The notes beneath the pieces are model-generated. The model worked only from the letters and a program-made list of their open reading frames with translations. It was not told the origin of the DNA and searched no databases. The translations under genes and the position numbers were made by a program. From the NCBI GenBank assembly GCA_963707505.1, contig CAVPQB010000004.1, positions 1,374,272 through 1,438,271 on the forward strand: a DNA stretch of 64,000 nucleotides, given 5' to 3'. Below are positions 53,439 to 64,000 of this stretch, piece after piece. Positions within the stretch are counted from its first letter, which is position 1. The number at the start of each line of letters is the position of its first letter. Source of the stretch: an uncultured Gemmatimonadales bacterium. Its GTDB lineage: Bacteria; Gemmatimonadota; Gemmatimonadetes; Gemmatimonadales; Gemmatimonadaceae.

Positions 53439-55697
53439 CGTTCATCGGTCCACCTCGGAGGACTTCGTCCAAGCAGGTCCCGCCACGTCGTCGCAAAGGG
53501 CGCACCGGGTATCGCCCCGGTGACGGCACCGTCCCGAAGGCTGAGCTGTCCGAGCCACTCGGGCTCGTCATCACGCCGCTCGACGGGGCAGCAGAGGTAG
53601 ACCCTGCCCCGCGGGTTCGGATAGCCGAGCGTCAACATCTCGTCTTGCGATTGGACGAACCAGGCGCCCGACTCGTGCCCACAGGGACGGCCGCAGGCCG
53701 GGACCGTAAAGCACGATGTCGAGCGCGCGCAGGATGTCGGCATCGGCTGCAACTGCAGCCGCGACGGTCGCCCGCACGAACGTTGTAGAGCCCGTTGTGG
53801 TCGACCCATCGGCGGTGCGGCCTGTCCTCTCAGGTATCCGCACAGAACTGGCGCGTCCGACGGCGGAACGGACAGCGCGGGAAGCCGGCGATCCTTGTCG
53901 GATCGCATCGGAACGCGGCGGTGGATCACGGTTCTCCAGAAGCGACTCCTTTCGTGCTGCGTCGCCCGGTCAGCCACGTGATCGATCACTTCCGCCAGGA
54001 ACCGATCGAGTGCCGCCGTGCCGACCGGCCCGGTGGCGCCGGGACGCAGCGGAAAGGCACCGAGGCCTGGCAGCACCTCGTGGTGCTCCATGAACGGGGT
54101 GCGCTGCTCGTCGCCCGGATAGATCACGTATGCCCCGGCAGACCGCCGGATCGCGTCGCGATACGCGTGCATCTTGAGCAAGTCCTCTCGCTTGCTCCGG
54201 GCGAGACGCTCGACAGCCTCCGCCTCGGCCGCGAGCGCGCCATCGCGCTCGTCCGGCGGTGCGAACTGCTCGTCGACGAACTCCACGCGGTACTTGGCAT
54301 CGAAGTGCAGCCAGACGGCCAGGTCATCGGCAGCGATGCCACGCCCGAGCCCGTCTGGCCGCAACCGAAGCGAGCAGTCGGGGCGCATCGCGCGGGTCCA
54401 GGACGAGTCGGGGCGAGACGAGACGAGGAACTCGCGGTTGAAGTAGAGATCCGCCGTCAGATTGCGACCACGGCCAACGAGCACCCACGTCAGCCGGCTG
54501 CGGCGTCCTCGTGGGAAGCCGATGCTCATCCCGTCGCTCGAGCGCTCCATCACGAGGGCTGAGAGGTCGGCGCCGCAGACGCGACCGACGCTCTTCGCGA
54601 GCTGCAGAAACGCCCAGTACTCGTACAGGGTCGCCACGTTGCGCTGGCTGGCGGCGAACGCGTCGTCCAGATCCCAGTCGAGGGCAAGCTGCGCGCCCAT
54701 CTCCGTGAGGACGAACGTCCGCAAGAGCTCCCGGTAGCCAGCGCGCTTCTGCAGCACCTGGTTCGCCGTCGGGAACGACCCCAAACGACCGACTGATCGG
54801 AACATCGGCGCGGACAGCGTCCGATCGATGACGGCGATCACTTCGGACGCCGCGTCAAGACCTCGCGAGATCGGTCCGGTGATCTGACCCTGCGCGGCCA
54901 GCAGCGTCTGAACGTTCAGCGCCAGCTCGCGCCAGCGCCGCAGCGCGAAGGCGATAAAGCGGTTCGGCTCGGTGTCGAGGGTTTCCTCGCTGCGGCTGAC
55001 CGCAATGCGAGCGGGAAGACTCGCGACGGCATTCACCCGCTGGCGCACGAACGCGGGGCCCGGGCCGAGTCAGCGCGCGTATGTTCCGAGAGCTGCCGCG
55101 CATCGGAGTCCCGGGAAGGTGATGCTCCTCGTGGTCAATCCATGCCCGGTGCGGCCGGTTCAGGACCAGCGCCAGATCGCGCTCACCGGCACCCATCAAC
55201 CGCGCATGTAGAAACGCGAACTGTTGGTACAGGAGCTGCGGCCTCTGCGCAGCGTCGTGTTCAAGTGCAATGGATGCTGGAGCGAAGCCCTGCAACACCG
55301 CCTCGGTCGCGACCTCGGCGATGTCGTTGAGCATCTGGCGGTATTCGGTCAGGGCTTCGAGCTTCTTCGGTTCCACGGAGACGAAGGCGTGGCCCTCGAC
55401 GTCTTCGCCGCGCACACGCACGCCGATCCGCCCAACGTGTTGCCTCGGCAGCATCCGACCTCGCTTCCGAGACGAATCGTCGAAACTGAACAACTCGTCG
55501 CCAGGAACGATCTCGAGTGATTCGGAGTTGTCGAATCCGCGAACCGAGAAGACGTACGTGCCCTCCTCTTCCACGAGCGCCCGGTCGGCGACACTCTCGA
55601 GACGGTCGCGTCTTCCTGGCAACTGCGCGAGCACGAGATGCCCGACCGTCTCGCCGGAGCGATCACGAATCGGCGCGACGACGGAGTCGGTACTCAC
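53423..55697 (-). CDS. McrC-like DUF2357 + PD-(D/E)XK nuclease (frameshifted)
   Basis: DTEPNRF, LQKRAGYRE, LYEYW, MRPDCSL, HFDAKYR, DLLKMHAYRDAIR; GTGA overlap with the McrB gene. Confidence 0.88.
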
Positions 55698-57738
55698 TCC
55701 GTGAAGCTCACGAATTGCGCTTCGATGAGTACGCGGATCATCCGATCCAGCTTGTCCACTGACAGCGGCATCCGCATGCGTAATGTCTGCTCGTCTTCCT
55801 CGGCGGCGAACGACCGCATCTCCCGCAGCTCGGTCTCGACACGGGCGCGGGTGCCGTGCACCTTCGGGAGGAGCTTCGTGAGCATGATCCGGTCGAGCAC
55901 TGACCAACGATCTTCGACGCCTGTCGCGTGCAGAAACGCCGCGTACCGCAGCGCCTCATAGAGCACGCGATGACCAAACTCGTGTCCCGACTGCCCGAGC
56001 AGCGAGTGGAGCACGAGGAGATGCTCGGCCAGCGGGTCGACGCTCGGATGAGCATTCGTGTGCTGCCAGTCGTCGTCAACGATCGCGCGCACGATGGTCT
56101 GCCGGTGAACCCGGACCCCGCGTCGACCGACGTAGGCCGGCGAAGAGCAGGGTCGAGGTCGGCCGCGGCCGTGCGGAACTCAAACGTGAATGCGCGATCA
56201 AGGACCTTCGGCGAGAACAGGTACGTGGTTTCGTCGACGTTGACCGTGCCGACGACGATCAGGTTGCGCGGCAAAGGCAATCGGTCTGAGCCTTCGACGG
56301 CAACCCATTCGCCGTCAGCGCGAGCGAGCACGGGCAGGATCGGCCGTCGCGATTCGACCCCGAAAGAAAGTCGGCGAAGTAGCGCTCAACGTGAGCAAGA
56401 TTCATCTCGTCGAGTACCAGCAGGTACGGCTCATCCGGCTCTTCCGCAGCGCGGAGCACGAACTCAAGCGCGTCCGGGACGGCCCACACCTCCTTGCCCG
56501 AGGCGACCGGAGCGCATCCGGGTAGCCGAAGAGGTACTCCGGGCCGGTCCAGTCGGGACGCACCGGAACGACCAGCGACCGCGGCCGACCCTGGGCATCG
56601 CTGCCGACCCACTCGCCGAACCGCATCGCAAGCTGGGTCTTCCCGGACCCGGACTGTCCGGTGATGATGACGAACGGCTTCGCCGCCACTGCCGCGACGA
56701 ACGAGGCGACGAGATCAGGAGACAGCCGCAGGCCGCTGATGTCAACAGCCTCAGCGAACGCACGGGCCGCGGCGCCGACATCATCCGGCGTCGGGGCGAG
56801 CGGTCGATCTGGTGGTGTCACCTCGCTAGCACCTCCATCCGCTGCGGCTTCTTTCGCGGCCTCGAGCTCGCCAGAGATCAGCAGCTCGGCGTACGCGTCA
56901 AGCATCGCGGCAACGGCGTCTGTTACATCGGTCCCGAGTAGCGACTCCGACGCGAACCGCCGGTGGACAACGGTCGATGCCACGTAATCCCGAGCGAGCT
57001 GTGACTGCGCCCAGCTCGAAGGCTTTGTCGAGCGCAAATCCGAGCTCGCTGAGAGCGCCGAGCTTTGGACGAAGCTGCTCCGAGCGACGGTCAAGTTCCA
57101 CGTACGCACGCCGTCTACCGAGCGTCTGATTGAGCTCGGTGACGCCCTGGGCGATCGTCACCTCAACCGCAGATAGGTCCTCGCGGAACAGAAGCACCGG
57201 ATAGACGCCGCGCTGGGTCGTGTTGGTTTCACGCGGATGCAGCACGGCGATCCAGGGAACGCCCGCCCAGTTGCCTTGGCCGACCGACGGTCTTACTTTC
57301 GCCCCGGCGAGCGACTCGGGGAGCAGCTCCTCGATGACCTTCGCGCACTCGCGAAGCGCGTCGACAGCCGGGTGAGCGTGACCGAACTTCGTCGCCCGTG
57401 CCTCAGCGAAGAGCTCCATGAATCGGTGCAGCCCAAGCGCGAGATCGTCCGGAGCGTCAGCTTCGACGACTTCAAACCCAAGTTGGCGTGCCTTGTCGAC
57501 TGTCACGCGACCTCCGCTGAACTCCGACGGCTCTGAGTGGACCGGCGTCGGGAAACTGGAAACCGTGCGCAGCGCCAAGGATCGCCTTGGATGGAAACGT
57601 CTCGCCCTCGTAGGCGATCTGAATCCGTCGCGACCGCTCGAACCCGTACTTCTCGAGAAACGCGTCCTCGCCGAGCTCGCGGAACTCATTGATCGCCTGG
57701 AGGACAGCCGAACGATCGGTGAGATCACGAAGAGCCAC
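55694..57738 (-). CDS. McrB-family AAA+ GTPase with ScoMcrA-head-like and DUF3578-like N-terminal domains (frameshifted)
   Basis: AVLQAINEF..FLEKYGF..SKAILGAAHG..FSGG; SVGQGNWAGVPWI..TQRGVYPV; GQSGSGKT; LDEMNLAHVERYFADFLS; GTVNVDETT..SPKVLDRA. Confidence 0.9.
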
Positions 57739-57849
57739 GGGCAGACCCTAAACGACCCTCCGATCACAGCGCGGCGCGTCGGAGCGCCGGGACATCTTGC
57801 ACGGGCTCGCAGGGTCGCTGGAGCGGATCAACCGGCTCGGGTCGTCCGG

Positions 57850-59057
57850 CTAGGTCCCGCCGGTGCTGGCAGGCTGGCCTAGTTGAAACGCCCGAGCGAC
57901 CAACTCGGCGTCCTCGTCCCGCGGCGCGTAGTGCAGGTACTTCATCGTCGTCTGGATGTCGGCGTGGCCCATCCACTCCTGCACGCGCCGGATGTCGGCC
58001 TTGGCGATCATCCGCGTACCGAACGTGTGCCTCAGATCGTGGAACCGCAAGCGGCCGTAGCCCGGCCCGCGCGAGCGCGTCTCGATACCGGCTGCTGAGC
58101 GCGTCGCCGTCGAGCGGGAGCCCGGCCTCGCCGGCGAACACGAAGTCGTCGTCGCCGGTGAAGCGCTCCCGGTCGCCGAGCCGGGCGAGCGCGCTCGCGA
58201 CGTCGGGCGCCATCGGCACGGCGCGGACCTTGCCGGACTTCGGCGTCGTCAGCTGCCCGGCGGCGTAGCTCGCGCGGACCCTGATCGTCGAGCCGGCGAA
58301 GTCGACGTCGCGCCAGCGCAGCGCCGAGCAGCTCGCCGCGGCGCAGGCCGGTGAACGCCGCGGTCAGGAAGATCGCCGCGTCGGCCTCGGACGCTCGCGG
58401 CGCGGACGAGGCCCAGACCTCCTCGGGCGAGAACACCTGGATGTCGCCGCTGCTCCGCACGCGGAAGCGGTCGACGCTCGCCACCGGATTCGCCGGCAGC
58501 CCGTAGAGCTTGACGGCGCGCCTGAAGATCGCGTGCATCAGCACGAGCAGGTTGTTCTTGGTCTTGTTCGAGAGCTCGCGCTGCTGGCGGGCGCTCGACA
58601 TCCCCGCGCGCCAGCGCTCGATCTCCTGCACGGTGATGTCCTCGAGCGCCATCTCGCCGAACACCGGCAGCAGGTGGACGTTGATCGCGTTGCGGTAGTT
58701 GCGGACCGTCGACGGCTTGCAGCCGCGGTCCTGCTCGGAGAAGCGCAGGTACTCGGCGGCCGCGTCGGCGAACGTCACGCCGGCTCGGTCGACGCCGGCG
58801 CCCGCGAGCGCGCGAGTCGCCCCGGCACGACGTCCAGCGGCCGCCGCCAGTCCGCGCCGGACCTCCTCGAGCCGGTCGTGCAGCCAGTCCTCGGCCAGGC
58901 GCTTCGTGAAGTAGCCGTCGGCCGGCCGCCCACGCCCCGTCCAGGCCGGCCCGATCTTCCGCTTGACCTGCGTCCCGTCCGGCAGCCGGTACTTGGCCCA
59001 CCACGACGGACCGCGGGTCTTCTCGAGCCTGAAAACGAAGCCGGACGGCCGAGCCAC
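57850..59057 (-). CDS. Tyrosine integrase of the 37-59 kb island (frameshifted)
   Basis: TFADAA..KPSTVRNY, FTGLRRGELL, FHDLRHTFGT, WMGHADIQTTMKY. Confidence 0.92.
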
Positions 59058-59080
59058 GGACCCCGATACTAATGCAGATC

Positions 59081-59100
59081 TTGGTACCCGTTTGGTACCC
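59081..59100. promoter_or_regulatory. Putative integrase arm-type sites
   Basis: ttggtacccgtttggtaccc, identical to 37173-37192. Confidence 0.75.
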
Positions 59101-59121
59101 GGTCCGGATTCGCCCTAAACG

Positions 59122-59144
59122 AAAAAGGCCACCTTGCGGTGGCC
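59122..59144 (-). terminator. Intrinsic terminator downstream of the tRNA fragment
   Basis: 7-bp GC stem ggccacc/ggtggcc, GCAA loop on the minus strand, followed by TTTTT. Confidence 0.75.
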
Positions 59145-59206
59145 CTTGAGGTCTCGGTCGGCCGGTTTGCAGGGCTTTTGCGAGTTCTACGCCTTGTCGG
59201 CCGGGA

Positions 59207-59252
<46 letters not shown>

Positions 59253-59330
59253 GAAAAGGAGCCTCTAGTTCGCGCAAATATGGGTGAGATTGGGTCGCAA
59301 AAGCGCCCGGTTTCGGACTCGTTTAATGAG

Positions 59331-59381
59331 TTTGGTACCCAAAGTGGTACCCACGAGAAGGTGGTACCCACGTGGTACCCA
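59331..59381. promoter_or_regulatory. Four TGGTACCC arm-type repeats upstream of the second integrase
   Basis: TGGTACCC at 59333, 59345, 59362 and 59373. Confidence 0.75.
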
Positions 59382-59402
59382 TGAGTTATTCTTCCTCTGC
59401 CG

Positions 59403-60748
59403 ATGCCTCCGCGAGACCCTCTCCCCACCCCCTTCTTGCTCCTCCGCGAGCACAAGGGCGAGCCGTTCTATGAGGCAAAGTTTCGCCACACCGGCCAGCA
59501 GGTCAAGCGGCGTGTCGGGCCGGCGTGGTTGACGCGGGAAGACGCGGGCGGTTGGGTCCCGCGTCGCGGCCGCGTGGCCGACGGGTACTTCGACGAGCCG
59601 CGTGCGCACGTGGCCGCTGCGGAGCTTGTCCGTACATACGTCACCGACTTCAACGAGTCAGAGCGGGTCGAGCGCGAGCGCCGCACGCGCGGAGTCACCT
59701 TCCGAGAGCTCGCACACGGGTACTTGGAGTGGCTGGAGAAAGTCCGCAGCGCCAAGCCCTCGACAATTCGCTCACACCAATCCGACCTGGCCGAGCCGGG
59801 AACACCGCATAAGCGCGGCACCGGCATGACGGCGGGACTCATCATGGCCGCGCTCGGCGACAAGCCGGCGGCCAAGATCACCCCGGCCGACGTCGAGGCG
59901 CTCCTGCGGACGGTCGCCGCCACAGGCGTGTCGGCTCGCAGCGTGAACCGAGCGCGAGAGATCGTCTGTGCCGCGTTCAACTACGGCATGAAGCCGACGA
60001 TCTCGACCCGCTCCCCGACCAATCCCGCCCTCGGCACCGACCGCCGGAGCGTGCCCGAGCCTGGGGCGCTCCTGTTCTACTCGCCCAGGAGATCGAGGCC
60101 ATCGCCCGCTCGCTCGCGGCCGGGTTCCACCGTCCAGCCGTGTCGGCCCGCGGCGAGCTCGAGCACTTCGAGGATCACCGCGACGGCGAGGCGGTCCGTG
60201 TCGCCGCGTACTCCGGGCTCCGCCTCGGAGAGCTGCTCGCATTGCGCTGGCGCGACGTCGACTGGACCGGCTCGGCGCTCACCATCAGCCGGTCGCTCTC
60301 TTCCGGCGTCGAGGGGACAACAAAGACCGGACACGTCCGGCGCGTGCCAATGGCCGACCAGGCCGCGGCCGCGCTCGACCGGCTTTCACAGCGCGAGGAT
60401 TTCGTCTCCTCGGATGACTACGTCTTCTGCAACGCCCTGGGCCGGCCGCTGGACGGCTCGGCGCTCCGCCGCCGCTACAAGCGGGCCCGCGACGCCGCCG
60501 GGCTACGCCCGCTCCGCTGGCATGACCTCCGCCACACGTTCGGATCGCTGCTCGTTGCCGGCGGGGTCGACCTCGTAAGCGTCAAGGACGCCATGGGACA
60601 CTCGCAGCTCACCACCACGAGCCGATACCTCCATGCCCGCCCGGCAACCGAACGCGCAGCCGCATTCACCGCCGCGTTCGGAGGTAGCGCCGCCAGGGCT
60701 TCTCATTCCCCACGCGGTGACAGCATCGAGCAGCCCGACGAGCCGTAG
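59403..60748 (+). CDS. Second tyrosine integrase, paralogue of 57850-59057 (frameshifted)
   Basis: QVKRRVGPAW, ADGYF, YSGLRLGELLALRW, WHDLRHTFGS, MGHSQLTTTSRY. Confidence 0.92.
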
Positions 60749-60869
60749 CGAGCCCTGACACTGGTGCGACGCCGGCCGCGTTGCCCGGTGCGTCAAAGCC
60801 CTCACGTAACCGCCTGGCTGGCTCCTCCATCACGCGCACCGAGCATCATGACGGGCTATCGTGATGCAC

Positions 60870-61060
60870 ATGGCTCGCACCACGGTCGATGTCGACGACG
60901 CCGCACTCGCCGCGGCCCGGGCGGCGCTCGGGACACAAGGCCTCAGCGTCACGATCAACTCGCCTCTGCGCGAGGTCGCCCGCCGCTATGCACTGGCCGA
61001 CTTCGACGTGGTTCGCGACATCGACGGCACACCCGACGAGGTGCAGCCAGGACGCACTGC
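60870..61060 (+). pseudogene. VapB-like antitoxin, orphan or degraded
   Basis: MARTTVDVDDAALAAARAALGT..TIN..LREV; no intact VapC follows. Confidence 0.6.
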
Positions 61061-61185
61061 CCGTGGCGGCACCACGACGGCATATCGGCTGAACCCGGCA
61101 CCACTCACCCGGCCGTCGCTCGTCGACACCGCCGTCCGAGTGACTCGCGACCGTGGCGCGGCAACCCTACCCCTGGTTCGGTGCG

Positions 61186-61437
61186 CATGGCGTGCCGGAA
61201 GAGGAGAGAGCAAAGCACCGCTCGGGCAGCATCGAGAGAATCGGCCAAACTCGACGCTTCGGCGAGACGTAGACCGCGATGATCGCTCCACGGGCCGAGG
61301 GCAAGAGCCTGAACGAGACCGTGAAGCTCGCGCTCAGCGAGGCGGTCGAACGACGGCGTAGCGACCCCGCCTTCACCGATCACGTGCGACGGATCATCGA
61401 GCAGGATCGCGAGCTGCTCGAGCTGATCGCGAAGTGA
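61186..61437 (+). CDS. Putative antitoxin of the Doc-like toxin (5' part uncertain)
   Basis: RAEGKSLNETVKLAL..RRIIEQDRELLELIAK; GTGA overlap with the Fic gene. Confidence 0.55.
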
Positions 61438-61861
61438 CCGTCGCTTACATCAACCTGTCGACTATCTCTCGATCGCCGCCGAAGTCACCGGACTCGACGT
61501 CAAGCCTCATCTGCGTCACCAAGCTCGACCTGGCCGGCTCCGCTCTACACGCTCCCGCCGCTGCGTTCGGCGGAACCGAGTTCTACCCCGACTTCGTCGA
61601 AAGGCCGCCGTGCTGATCGTCCGCGTTGCCAAGAACCATCCGCTGCCGGACGGCAACAAACGCGCCGCGTGGGTCTCTCTACGCATGTTCATCGAGATCC
61701 ACCGGCGGCACTGGACGCGTACGCCCGACATCGACCAAGCTGAGCACGCAGTTCTCGCGGTCGCCGACAGCGACTGGAACGAACAGCAGACTGCGGAGGA
61801 GCTCCGCCGACCTGATCGCGCGACAGCCCCCGTGACCGTCGAACCGCGCCATCCGACGTAA
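61434..61861 (+). CDS. Fic/Doc-family toxin (frameshifted)
   Basis: SALHAP..FGG.EFYPD, KNHPLPDGNKRAAW. Confidence 0.82.
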
Positions 61862-62459
61862 CGGTGCTCTGGTCTGCGGGCTGGCGAGGGCTTTCCCTGT
61901 CACGACTTCGGTGGAGCTCTGCGCGTGACCGACGGGCAGTCAAGGGAGCCGCGGCAGCGGCCGCCGAAGGCGGGGCCGAAGGCCCGACCTTGACGGCCCG
62001 GCGGCACGCGCGACAATCGTGCCGACTTCGTGACAGGGCGCCCCTGGTGATTGCGGCGCAGGCCGACGCTGGGGTCAGGCCCGTCGTCCTGGCCAGCGGT
62101 GCGGCGCCTTCGCCGGCGGCGCTGGCGCCTGTGGCGGGCGGGGGGTCGGGCTCGGACGTCAGCAACCTAGGCCGGCGAGCGAAGCCGGCCGATTGACGCC
62201 TGCGCGGCGGCTTCGTCCCCCAGACCGACTCGGACACCCTCGGACATCGCCCTAGCCAGGCTTTGACAGAACCGAGCACCCTGACTCTTCCTCCAGCACC
62301 GGCGAGATGTCATCCACAGAGGCGTCGCCTCAGTCGGGCAAGCTGGCGATCGCGTGCGTGGCATTGCGCTCGTCCGCGATCGCCGGCGCTCGTGATGCCA
62401 TCGTCGCCAAAGACGTCCTGTGTCAACCTCCCTTCGTGTCTGACGCAGTGGTGGTGTCG

Positions 62460-63780
62460 TCAGGTGACGGTGAGGTCCGGTCGCCAGAGACCGGCGCCGG
62501 CCATTCGCTGGGTGGCGGCGTCGTCTGCGACGCCGCCCGACGGGGCGGGGATGGTCACGGTGATGTGGCGTTGCAGTGACCGGTCCTTGCTCGGATTGTA
62601 GGTGGTGTGGTTGCGCCAGCATTGCCACACCACGCGGCACCAGGCGCGACCGACGGTCCGGATCGCGCGCGGGTGGTCGTGACCGCGCTGGCGCGCCTGG
62701 AGGTAGAGCGTCTGGGCCCAGGGGTGCCAATGGCGGGTTGAGTCCGCCAGGCGACAGAACGCGATGCGGAGGCGCTTGTTGCAAGCTCTGCGGAACCCGA
62801 CGGTCTTCCACTTGCCGGACTCGACGGCGACCGCGGCCTGTCCGGCGTCGGCGGCGAGCGCGTCTCGATCGGGGTAGCGCTCGCGGCAGTCGCCGATCTC
62901 GGCAAGAAGCTCCGCGGCGGTGATCACGCTCGCACTGGACTTGAACAGCGAGAGGAAGATCTTCCCGTCGGGGTGCGCGCGCATCCGCTCGCGGATCTGG
63001 CCCTCAAGGGCCTTGATCTGTGCGTTGAGCTTGATCTGTGCGTCGAGCGTGCGGATCAGCTTCACGTAGGTGAGCACGAGCTGTCGGCGCGCAACGAGCT
63101 CCTGCTCGCCGACACGGCCGCGCGGGGCGCTTCGGAGCTTGGCCATCAGCGTGGTCGGGTGCTGCCCACCCGAGTACCGCTCGCGCACCAGGAACGCCTG
63201 CATCCGTGCAACCCCCAGCCCGTGCGCGTCCGCGGGGCTGGGGTAGCGCTCGAGGGAACGAGAGCAAGATCTCGGCGTCCATGTGGGAGAACAACCTGAG
63301 CGGCCCGGGCCAGAACCGCTCCAGCTCGGAGCGGAGCTGATTCATCACCCCCGTTCGGTTCTCGACGAGATCCTCACGCGCGCGAGTCAGCGCCCGGATC
63401 GCCTTCGTCTGATCAGAGTCGGGCTCCAGGACCCGGAAACGATGATGGTCGGTGCGAGCGAGCTCGCAGAGCACGAACGCGTCGAACCGATCCGATTTGC
63501 CGCCGGCCACCCTGAACCGATCCCTCGCGGCGGCGACCTTGTTCGGATGCAGTGCCAGCACGCGCAGACCGGCATCGAGCAGCCGCTCGACCAGCAGGCC
63601 GTCTGGTCGCTCGATCGCGACCAGCCCGACGTCCAGCCGCACCAGGGTGCGGCACAGGGCGCTCAGCCCGTTCTCATCGTGCGCGAACGTCCCGGCGAGC
63701 AGCTCGCTGCCGCGCTCGTCGGCGACCAGCACGTCGTGCTTCTCAGACGCCCAGTCAATCCCGGCACACCGACACGCCAT
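62460..63780 (-). CDS. IS110-family recombinase/transposase (frameshift near 63260)
   Basis: GIDWASEKHD, IERPDG, KSDRFDA, AELLAEIGD, VESGK, ACNKRLR. Confidence 0.92.
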
Positions 63781-63799
63781 CTTTCACCCTCCGTCGTCG

Positions 63800-64000
63800 A
63801 GTCGCCTTCACAGCGCCACGACCCGGAGGTACCGTTGCGGATGCTCATAGACAAGGCCCTCGCAGTTCGGGGCTACGTCCTGTTGCCGCTCGCGGCACCT
63901 CACCACCGTCGGGACGGGCTGGTCTTTGGCAGGCCCTCCGCTAAAGGGCAAGCGATCGTGGCCCTCTCCCGGCGGCGGTCGAGGCAACCACAGCTTGTCC
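63800..64000 (-). ncRNA. Putative bridge RNA of IS110 element 3
   Basis: acgtcctgt (63875-83) equals element end 62413-21; ctttggc (63924-30) is the reverse complement of flank plus core 62406-12. Confidence 0.62.

Larger units (their letters stand above)
62411..64000 (-). mobile_element. IS110-family element 3 (other end beyond the window)
   Basis: Terminus reads TTGACAcaggacgtCT on the minus strand (-35-like box plus CT core); long upstream non-coding region. Confidence 0.85.

Overview
GC-rich bacterial window that appears to join two unrelated sources near 5.93-6.0 kb. The left ~5.9 kb is a housekeeping cluster (rlmN, LytR_C protein, HD protein, panC, panB, folK, folB, trpA, 5'-truncated HD-GYP); its gene order suggests Gemmatimonadota (inference). 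The remaining ~58 kb looks actinobacterial (Solirubrobacterales-like, inference) and is mostly accessory DNA. It is organised as a tandem array of integrative islands delimited by tRNA-fMet 3'-half att sites at ~59.2 kb, ~37.05 kb and a degenerate one at ~11.85 kb, with GGTACCC arm-type repeats and two divergent paralogous tyrosine integrases. The 37.0-59.25 kb island carries defence cargo: McrB with two N-terminal recognition domains, McrC-like nuclease, HIT, HNH, several toxin-antitoxin pairs, a four-gene orphan cassette inside ~100-bp inverted repeats, and an unexplained 20-bp box array. The 11.85-37 kb island carries stress-type cargo and an IS481 hit by two different IS110-family elements. 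All three IS110 elements in the window have non-coding segments with short matches to their own target and donor junctions (bridge/seekRNA-like); one appears programmed against the IS481 terminus. Single-base frameshifts are pervasive, even in housekeeping genes, so most are probably sequencing indels. All family calls come from reading motifs by eye; no searches were run.
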